Positions 24,369 through 32,773 of a DNA stretch of 33,966 nt are shown here, one piece after another. The stretch spans positions 1-33,966 of the forward strand of contig CDMY01000667.1 of the NCBI GenBank assembly GCA_001179505.1, given 5' to 3'. A model generated the notes under the pieces. It worked only from the letters and a program-made list of their open reading frames with translations, did not search any database and was not told where the DNA came from. Origin of the DNA: Vitrella brassicaformis CCMP3155. Taxonomy: Eukaryota > Protista > Chromerida. The translations under genes and the position numbers were made by a program. Each line of letters starts with the position of its first letter. The first letter of the stretch is position 1.

Positions 24369-24905
24369 TTCACTGACAAAAAGACCTGTTACGTGAGTTG
24401 TTTCAGTTTAACGACATTGAGGATGCAAGAGCTATTAGCTTATCATTCCCACGGGCACGATACAAAGAGACGGAGTTGTTCGTTGAATGTCAGAGACGGA
24501 ATATGTTGGAACTTCACGCATAAGGGCTAGTCGGTCAGTTATCGATTTGCACTATGCATGGCATTTGTAAGCCATCCCAACATCGGGGAAGAAGATGCTC
24601 TTCTGTGATGGCCATCTGCTTGGCCTCGCGCGCAGGGAAGTTCTTGTGTACGTCGGCTCTTCCTACTGCATAGGTAGTCAACATGCTCCGCTCGCTGAGA
24701 CACCTCACCACTGGTGATCAGGGGTCTGTGCTTGCAACATTCACAACACCACCTATACATCACCTATCACCCCGCTCCGTATGCACAAGCAGCGGACCCT
24801 AGCGCACAACACACGCACAGCCACTTGAAAAAAGTGAGCCTTCAAGCAACCATCGCCGGTCGTCTCTGTCTCTATCCTGCCCGCAAATACCGGCGTGCGA
24901 TGGTG

Positions 24906-25030
24906 CAGTCTCGACGGACACCCTGTCAGCGTGAGCGTGACGCACGTACATCGACAGATCCTGTCCCGCGGCGCATCACAACCAAGTTATGCAATGTGAT
25001 GGCTGTCACAGTCTCGACGGACACCCTGTC
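24906..25030. repeat. 22-bp direct repeat
   Basis: CAGTCTCGACGGACACCCTGTC at 24906-24927 and 25009-25030, with a degenerate partial copy (TCGACAGATCCTGTC) between them. Confidence 0.85.
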
Positions 25031-25996
25031 GCCCGCCGCCATCTCACGAAAGCCTGAAACTGTCGGGATTGCTACGATGCTCGCTGTTTCGTATGTCTGT
25101 CGACCCTTTCAGCGAGCGGGTCTTGGGTGGATACAAGAGGTCTTGTTGTCGAGTGTGAGTCTAAGGTGCAGAATCAATCAAGATGGATGTCCGCACACAC
25201 ACGGGGATGCTGGGAAGGACTGTCGAATGCTTATTCAAGCCGCAAACGAAGAAACAAAACAATACAGAAGTCACGCCGAGACGATACTCGCATTTATATG
25301 AGCGACTGACTGATAGAAAGAGTCCCACACACCCAATGGAAGGAGGATATCAAATGAACTGAACGATGAAGGTCTACAACGTCCAACCACACACATCATC
25401 AGTAGAGGAGAGGGGAAAGGAGGGAGGGAGGGAGGGGGGGGGCAGGGGAGAGACAGGCTGCCTACCTGTGTACACAGATGCGAGACAGACTCGTATACGC
25501 ACCATACATCGCACGTCGCCTCCCCCGGACCGAGGGAAGTATACAAGCCGGGCCCGCCCCCCCGCGCCATCGGGGTGACACGTCACGACACATCGACCTC
25601 CAGAAAGAACCAGGCATTTTTTCCGGAATCCAGGGGTGTCAAGGGAAACCTTGGTGTGCCGGACATCCATCCGTGCCTCGTTTTCCCATTTCTGTTGGAT
25701 GCGTCTCTTTCCCCCTTTTTTTTCCTTTCCGGTTCTCTTCTGTGTCCTGATGATCTGATGTTGATGATCTAGATCAGCACAAGTCGACTTAACTACGGGA
25801 ACAGTGGAACTCGACTGAATGAACGAAGGCGTGTAGGTCCGTTATGCAGTGCCGGTCATGCAGCCCAGCTGCCATGACCAATGGGCGCTGTAGCGTTAAC
25901 AAGGCAGGGAACTGCCCCTGCCAAACTCGCTGACGACCGGCAAAACAACCAACACGGCGCCTGAAAACCACTGCATAAAACATTGGGCATGCACCC

Positions 25997-26064
25997 ACAG
26001 CCAGACAGCCAGACAGCCAGGCAGCCAGCCAGCCAGCCAGACAGACAGACAGAAAGACAGACAG
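25997..26064. repeat. Compound (GCCA)n/(GACA)n microsatellite
   Basis: CAGCCAGACAGCCAGACAGCCAGGCAGCCAGCCAGCCAGCCAGACAGACAGACAG... Confidence 0.9.
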
Positions 26065-26487
26065 CACGTATGTGTGTCGGGACACTAGTGTCTTGTCCGA
26101 CTCCGCACCAGGGAGTGTTGTGAAGAGCACCCAAATCAAAAGAGCGACACGACAGAGGCGTGCACGAACAACCTGCCAGCACAACGCCCACACACATGCC
26201 AGCCAACCAGTCAGTGTGCGTACGCAGATGGCCCCATATCTGTCTCAACGCGCACTGCAACGACAAAGCAGCCAGGTGGCGGGTGCGTTAAAGCCGGCAT
26301 TTTCATGACGTCCTAAGCCTAGGCTGCCTAGGGCGCCCGCTTCCCCCTTTCTTTGGAAAAGTAAACAGACCGCACAGAAAGGCTGCTCCAGGTGAGACCA
26401 TCTGTCCAGTCCATCGTCTGTCGCCACATCCCCCTGCCGTCCGTTCCTGCCGTCCTTTCCTGTCCTGTTGTCGCTGCCGCAGGCAAG

Positions 26488-28498
26488 ATGCATCTCGTGG
26501 CGGTGGTCCTCATCGGCCTCATAGGCCTCACGTCGGCGGCCGTCCCCTGCATGAACGCCACTATCCGCCGGCGCCTTTCGCGTCCCCATGGCTCCGCGGT
26601 GTCCTTCCTCGATTCATCGCATCAGAGCGGCCTCACTTTCAGCACAACAGATGGTGGGCCACACACGAAAGATGACCATATTTTCCTGCCCGTATCCTCT
26701 CACGCGAGCAGACGATGACGACACTCGCAAGCATCGGCGCGAATACGACCTGTGTAGCAAAGAAGGCACAGACACCCATCGAGTCTGTCTCACCGATTCC
26801 CCCCTCTATGGCGGCCATGATGACGATGACGATGACGATGACGGTTACCGCCTACGCACGAAAAAGTGGCCGCTACGCACGAAAAAGTGGCCGCTGAATT
26901 GGAGGGCTACGCAATTTTGCGAGGAGCGCGACTGCTGCTTCGAGGGGCATCCAGTCGACGGGGAGAGATGCTTCTTCTCGCGTGAGTAAATAGAGATGGG
27001 TCGAACACAACACACATCGCACACACGCACTTGCAGGGTGCCCGCCTTTTCTGGAGCAACAACACGTCAAAGGACTGACGGACCCTGAGGGTGTGACACT
27101 CACCTGTCCCGAGAGGCATGTATTTTGACGAATTGTCCTTTACAGACCATGCGCACGCGCGCGTGTGTGTGTATGTGTGTGTGTGTGGCGCACGCAGCGT
27201 GAGGAAGGTGAAGGGTGGGTTTCACGATTTACTGACGCCTTTGATCAAGAAGAGACATCCTCCGACACCCCCGGAGCCCATTACATATGACAAGGGCGAC
27301 TGGCGCACTATTCACTTCCATCCGAAGCTGAAGCGGCTGCCTGGGTACGTCAATAAGAATACCGAAGAGCTTGGCCACTACGGCAACTCAATATGTGGCA
27401 CCGATGGCACCGGTGGGTGGGTGGGTGAAGCGTGCCTGCAGAGACAGCACTATTTCATGACGGACCCGCTATTCTCCTTTGCAGATAGAACGTTTTCCAC
27501 GCACAATGACGACTTGGATGTGGTTGTGGTGCGAGTGGCCCAATTAGTGGAGACCAAACAAAGGCGTCGACGTCGTCATTATTACGCCCAAACGATCTCA
27601 AGCGACGACCATGACGACGATTACTATCGACACAAGGACCGTGATGACGACGACGATCACCGTCGACCCATTTTCGAGGTCTCTTCAAAAGAGGGTGTTC
27701 AGGTGTTCGGCCATAGTGCTATTTGTCTGTTTCCCAGGTTCACAAGAAGGATCTCCGCCCATATGGTCCTTATGTGATTGACTTCGAGGTGGAGATATAC
27801 GTCAACCGCAGCGACCCGTACAACGACCATGACGTGAGAAGCAGCGACGCAACTGGGCTTACGCGTGTATCTTTCCCTCTTCTCTGTCGTTGCTTTTTAG
27901 TTCGCTGACCACGTGACCTACGGTATGGTCTTGGCTACAGTGAGGTGGTTAGAAGGAGGTGAACCGTGTGCATTCGATTTGTGGTGCAGGGTGGAACAAC
28001 CAAGAGTGCTGTACAGGTACAGGTAGTGAACTCCCTTGCATTTGTTATGCGTTTCTTGTGCGTCTGACTCTTGTAACTAGGGAACTGCCCCGCAACAACA
28101 TACCTTCAGGGACAAGATGGCGGCAGTGTCTACTACCACAAGCTAGAAGCGGGGGTGATAGCAGGTGACTGGGCAACCGTCAATCTTGCCAGCTGCTGGT
28201 AAGCACATCGGTATTCCCCTCCACCGCTCGGCATGTCTCTTGCCTTGATCCTTGCAGCGAGGATTACAACAACTACAGATTCGTCCAGGACGAATATGGC
28301 AAGGCCGCGCTCTTTTTGTGGATCGGTGTGATTGGTAACAAGAAGGGCAGACTGGAGGTGCGCAGCAGGGCGTACAAGCGCATGGCCGACCAAAACAGCA
28401 TCTTTTTCGTTTGTTCAACGACCGCGCCTGCCGAGTGGGAAACCGGGCCCCCGTGCGCCGAGTTCAACCGATCAGCGATAGATTGGCCCCCGCATTAG
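26488..28498 (+). CDS. Gene B: tandem paralogue of gene A (secreted, trefoil-like, Asp/His-rich), 10 exons
   Basis: Signal peptide MHLVAVVLIGLIGLTSA. Exons 26488-26653, 26712-26981, 27037-27115, 27198-27412, 27485-27678, 27738-27833, 27901-27922, 27990-28016, 28081-28198 and 28258-28498. Blocks shared with A include CCF..PVD.E.CFFS.CPPFL, KVKGGF.DLL.PL, IHF.P.LKRLPG, ECCTG.CP, CCED, YGK...F.W.GVIGNK.G..EVR.RAYKR and SIFF.CS. Confidence 0.8.
26852..26895 (+). repeat. In-frame 21-bp tandem duplication (LRTKKWP x2)
   Basis: CTACGCACGAAAAAGTGGCCG x2 within exon 2 of gene B; absent from gene A. Confidence 0.9.
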
Positions 28499-28901
28499 GT
28501 CGGACGGCGTCCTACGGCTCATAGGTTTCAGGCACTGGCCCTCCCCCCCGATTCTTCTTTGTGTCTCGAGCTGCCCGCCCGAAGAGGGTGCCTGCCAATC
28601 GTGTTGTACTGTCTTACGGCTTGCGACCTTAGGAACAACTTTGTTGTTCTGAAAAAATGAGACGCGCGGGCGAGACACGAACACACAAAGAGATCTTGAA
28701 AAGTGGGCGTCTCGTAAAACTCCTAGGAACCCCGCCTCTAAAGGTTTTCTATTAGGCGTTTTGTCTCGGTCAATATGATCTTCACGCCGAGGGGACGCCA
28801 TCTGTTCCTCTCAGGATATTACTTAGTGAACATCTAAATCGGTCAATGCAAAGCAATGGACAAGCACGCGGGAACAAAGTAGAAAAAGTATTGAATCAAT
28901 T

Positions 28902-29073
28902 CACTGCATCAATGCGGACAACCCTCTTCGGTTGCTTCGCTTGGAAGACGGCCGTGGTCCTGGCCTAGCTGGCCACGAGTGTCTCAGATCACCCATACAT
29001 GGTCACCATAGCCGCCGACGGTTTGTCCGCCGGACAAACCGACGGGAGAGGGTACGTGTAAATGTATTTGTAC
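28902..29073 (+). repeat. Left terminal/subterminal arm of the outer element
   Basis: Inverted copy of 32557-32773: a 78-bp block at 79% identity, then ATGGTC..AGCCG, a palindrome, CGGGA(G)AGGG and an exact GTATTTGTAC (29064-29073). Confidence 0.8.
29015..29045. other. Palindrome/hairpin in the left arm
   Basis: CCG-A-CGGTTTGTCCG-C-CGGACAAACCG-A-CGG: an 11-bp perfect stem with a 1-nt centre, plus 3 bp beyond one mismatch. Confidence 0.9.
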
Positions 29074-29083
29074 ACGTTGCGAG

Positions 29084-29465
29084 GTTTTTCTGTTGCTGGA
29101 GAAAGGGCGGGCACTCTGAAAATCGAGAGAAAGCATCGGAATCCCGAGTACTTCTGTCATTTGGTTTCTCACGCGAGAAGAAACACTGCTCGTTGTCAAC
29201 TGGATGGCTCTGGAAACAGCACCGACGTTTCTCGCAGGCGGTCTCATCCGTCGCCGAGTTCAGGCGTCGGTAGTCGTCATCACCATCAGCTCCGAGAAGG
29301 GAGCTATTTGTCAGACAAACGCGAGCGGGAGCTTCGGTGTCTGCACCTTGGCTGCGGCAAAGGCCGGTCTTTGGCACCAACGCCTCATCCTATGCTCGGG
29401 TGAGAGACCGCCACATGGTAGTCTGTTGTGCCTGACCGTCGTCTGTTGTGTTGCAGGTGAAGGTG
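29084..29465 (-). pseudogene. Captured inverted fragment of gene A, part 1 (copy of 22582-22971)
   Basis: Hand alignment gives 15 substitutions over 382 nt plus an 8-nt intronic deletion (~96%). Both introns are retained. The intron-1 acceptor CAG|GC is changed to CATAG|GA, which would give TGA if used. There is no start codon or signal peptide. Confidence 0.95.
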
Positions 29466-32092
29466 AACACGTTATCACGTCTGGGTTCTTTCGTGTGATG
29501 TGACCATCCACCCCCTCCCCCTTTCCCCCACCCCCTGTCCACCCTGAGTGCCTCGTACGTACGGTTCGTCTGTGTGATATGGGGTCAGTTTGGGTGAGTT
29601 TTCACGATTTTTCTTCGATGTTGTGCCTTGGTCTGCTCCCGCTCCCTGTCTGTCACCGCATATCCCGAGACTAATAGCCGTTGCGGTTTGCTGCATGACG
29701 ATCCTCTCTACAGTGCCTCGTACGCCAACAGGCGACCGTTCGCACAGACTTCCTTTCGTGCAGCCTTTGACTTGATCGACGTATGAGCGGCTGTAAAGCA
29801 CGTCCACAGATAGATACACGTGAATCGGACTTTTTCTCAAGTGTCAGACTTGCGTGTCATATTATTTTCAACCATCAGACTTTTCATGTTTGCACAATGG
29901 ACACGAGGAGACGAGCCGGCTGAGCATTTATGGCTACAAATGGACAACTGCACTGGTGAGAACAAGAACCAGTACATATTCGCCTACGCCAGTCTACCTG
30001 TCCATCTTGGCGCCTTCAAAGAGGTGACTAGGCGTGCAGCACGCTTCCACATCGGTCGTCACGAACCATGGCCGCACTCTGTGCCTGCTGTGTGCAATGA
30101 CAGGTCACGGTGAACTTCTTACCTGTGGGCCACACGCACGAGGACATTGACCAGCTGCACTCTGTCACCTCCAAGACACTGAGAGGTACGCTGTCTGGCC
30201 TTTCTGGCGGACGCCAACACAGGTTGGTGTGTTGTGCTGTTGTGTTCTATATGTAGTTTCTCGATTTGCTACGGCAACTCAGCTGAGGGAGCTCATATTG
30301 GGTGCTCATCGCAATCCCAAGTACCCGAACGGTATGCAGGTGCGGTTCATGACGCAGACATGGGATTGGAAGGCATTGCTGGAGCCGCACACTGATCCCC
30401 CGGTCAATTTCTGCACGGCACAGTCGTATCGATTTGCACGGGTACGCCAAATCTGTATGTGCGCACACCGGACACACCCTGAGGCTCCATCGTGCACTGC
30501 ATGTGCTTGCTGCAGTTGCCCCCGTCATACGAGCACGTGGGCATGTACTTCAAGTCTCTCATAGCCGACAGAGATTGGAAAGGTATCTCACAATAGACAC
30601 GATATGCGCTGCCCACTGCCTTCCTCTGGCTCTGTGTTTGCTGCAGGTCCCCTTCCATTCATGAAGTCATATCCACCAGCCGGCAGCGGTGCGTCAGTCG
30701 CAGCAACAGAGGACCTCCTCAATCCAGGTGCCAACAGCAGGCGCGATCCTGATCGTATGAACAAGACTGTAAGCGAATCGGATGGCTACAGGGAAGAAAA
30801 GTGTACAGACTTGATGTCTTGGTAAATGATCATTACTGCAGATGTCCGCCACGTTGGCCGCGCTTGACAAGCTTCCCGATCAGCTTCGTTACAGAGACCA
30901 GACGCCTATGTTCACACGCGAGGATGTCAGCTTCTGCAAGGACTTGATCACGGGCAACTACGAGAAGGAGAACACCCCTTTCCGTCTGCCGGCCAAGATG
31001 CATGACTCATCATTTGCCGCTGACAGCCTGTTCACATCCACGGCAAGCGGACACAATGCACATAGTCAAAGGCCAATGGCAACAAATCATGTTCCCGCTT
31101 TCTGTCGTTGTCAGTCATCTTTGTACAAGATCGACAGTGGTGCCAGGACCATCGATTCTGGCATGTTGGCGTCAGTTTTCGACCGACTCGGACTCAAGTG
31201 CCAGTCAGTTTCTGTCGGAGATCCGACTGGCGTATCCACTGCTGATCAGCGCACACTGGCTATGTGGGAGAGCCGAGCAGAGGATCCGCAGAAAGGGGAC
31301 ATGGTTCTGATCGACCCAGGTAAGGAAGGAAAGACAGCCACACAAACAGGCAGACAGACAGACAGACAGACAGAAAGCACAGCTGTGTCCTGCGGATGTC
31401 TTCTCGTTTCACAGACCGCGAGGACATGGCGGATGGAGACGCAAGTCCGGCATGGGTCGGGCAATTCATTGAGGACGCCGAGTCAGCGGGTGATGGACTC
31501 CCTCTCGCGAGCATTTGGTGGTATGAGGGGAGAGGACCTCTCAATGGCTGGTCGCCAAAGGGACACTTTGAGCCGGCGATGCGCGTCGCGCCGTCAAAGT
31601 GAGTGAGCCACTGCAACGAATCGGATGTCTGGCATCCGATGTGGTTTGTGTGTGCGTTTGTATGTCATGCAGGTCAAAGCGTAGGAAACAGGTGACCGCT
31701 GAGCCGTGGCGTCAGTCAATCCCCAAAGGCAGCATACTGCTTGCTGGGTATCAGCTCACCAAGAACAATCGGCTACCTAGTGTTGTCAGAGAGTTTGTTT
31801 TTCGGCTGAGAGAGATGGAGGCGTTGAATGAGGAGAACCTGCCAGACGGCAAGGACGATTGTGTAGATTGTGTAGAGGAAGAGGATGCTGTATAGCTCCG
31901 TGTGTGTGGGTGGGTTGGTGGTGGGTGGGTGGGTATGTATGTGTGTGGGTTGTGAGTAAGGGAGACGGAGGGTTGATGAGATGGATGGATTGATAGACAC
32001 ACACATGGTGCATTCAATCGATTGGCGTGTCCATTATGCAAACAAGCAAGTCTGATACTTGAGAATTAGTCCAATTCACGTGATAACGTGTT
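29466..32092 (+). mobile_element. 2627-bp TIR DNA transposon, Sola-like, probably internally deleted
   Basis: Perfect 15-bp TIRs AACACGTTATCACGT (29466-29480) and ACGTGATAACGTGTT (32078-32092). The 4-bp TSD GGTG lies at 29462-29465 and 32093-32096. The empty site is the single CACC at 22582-22585 of gene A. Confidence 0.9.
29879..31895 (+). CDS. Spliced C-terminal half of a Sola-like / DUF7869-type DD(D/E) transposase (5' truncated)
   Basis: Phase-consistent exons give LWLQMDNCTGENKNQYIFAYASLPVHLGAFKEVTVNFLPVGHTHEDIDQLHS, QTWDWKALLEPH, YRFAR, VGMYFK...DWK, KGDMVLIDP..PAWVG..IWWY and EPWRQSIPKGSILLAGYQLTKNNRLP. Only ~400 bp lie between the left TIR and these exons. Confidence 0.8.
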
Positions 32093-32132
32093 GGTGTTCT
32101 GGTGCAGGCATTCTGTGCTCAGGAAGGACGCC
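32093..32132 (-). pseudogene. Captured inverted fragment of gene A, part 2 (copy of 22543-22585)
   Basis: The reverse complement GGCGTCCTTCCTGAGCACAGA-ATG-CCTGCACCAGAACACC matches gene A except for a 3-nt gap and one substitution. Confidence 0.95.
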
Positions 32133-32153
32133 GTTTCGTTTCGTAAAGGCTGA

Positions 32154-32172
32154 GACATGCGCTGCGCATGTC
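32154..32172. other. 19-nt palindrome
   Basis: GACATGCGC-T-GCGCATGTC, 21 bp from the end of the captured fragment. Confidence 0.85.
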
Positions 32173-32556
32173 AACGACGCATGGCTGAATCTGGTGTATA
32201 ACACAGACTCAAGACTGAAGAATGTGCGCAGCGTATCGCCGGCCGACCGAACGGGAGAAATCAAGACGACTCCACTGTGCTATTTTCGTTGGTCGGTCAA
32301 TGTCACAAAGTAAAGCATGTGTCTCCCGATGGATTGTCAACGAAAGCGGTTTGCATCGTCTCTTGCTTGCCTCATCCTTTCCTTCACACGATCATGCCGT
32401 GGTGCAACAGAAATGTTTGAGCTTGGAATGTGCGTGTTGGACGTGTGTAGTGGGAGACATCTTACAACCAATGTTCTTGTGTTTAGCCAGCATGGGATGC
32501 TCCATGAACTTTTCCAAGACACACTCATGATGTGCTCTGGAATGAAAGTAATGAAA

Positions 32557-32773
32557 GTACAAATACCGCCCTTCCCGCCCCAATGTCGGTTCGACAGGCT
32601 GTCGGGCCGACATTGGGGCGGGCCATCCATTGCCTCACTCAAAGGTCGGCTGGATGGACCATACATAGGTGTAATGACCTACGACCCACCCTCATCTCGT
32701 GGCCAGCCTGGCCAGGATTACGGCCATCTCTCGCGGGAAGCAACATAGGAGGGTTGTCTGTAGTGATGCAGTG
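32557..32773 (-). repeat. Right terminal/subterminal arm of the outer element
   Basis: Inverted counterpart of 28902-29073; contains a 49-nt palindrome and TGGCCAG-C-CTGGCCA (32700-32714). Confidence 0.8.
32574..32622. other. 49-nt near-perfect palindrome/hairpin in the right arm
   Basis: CCCGCCCCAATGTCGG-TT-CGACAG-G-CTGTCG-GG-CCGACATTGGGGCGGG: 16 + 6 Watson-Crick pairs, 2 T:G pairs and a 1-nt centre. Confidence 0.95.

Larger units (their letters stand above)
28902..32773. mobile_element. Non-autonomous CACTA/EnSpm-type (CACTG) element with a captured host gene fragment (Pack-CACTA-like)
   Basis: Ends are CACTGCATCA...TGATGCAGTG (10-bp perfect IR), flanked by ATT at 28899-28901 and 32774-32776. 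The arms 28902-28979 and 32696-32773 align ungapped at 62/78. No CACTA transposase is visible inside. Confidence 0.8.

Noticed and set aside
24940-25110. Minus-strand VTAITLHNLVVMRRG resembling the Harbinger transposase LHN motif
   Set aside because: It is a 60-codon isolated frame with no DDE motifs, TIRs or TSD.
24714-25301. 195-aa plus-strand ORF
   Set aside because: It has a non-ATG start, no motifs, repeat-derived content and no splice context.
25900-25975. WFSGAVLVVLPVVSEFGR as a Tom22-like transmembrane segment
   Set aside because: The Trp-Pro spacing is wrong and no gene model could be completed.
29015-29045. Helitron 3' hairpin
   Set aside because: There is no CTRR about 10-15 nt downstream on either strand, and the hairpin belongs to an inverted arm pair.
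32718-32727. TTACGGCCAT resembling the 5' end of 5S rRNA
   Set aside because: No further 5S similarity or internal promoter boxes follow.
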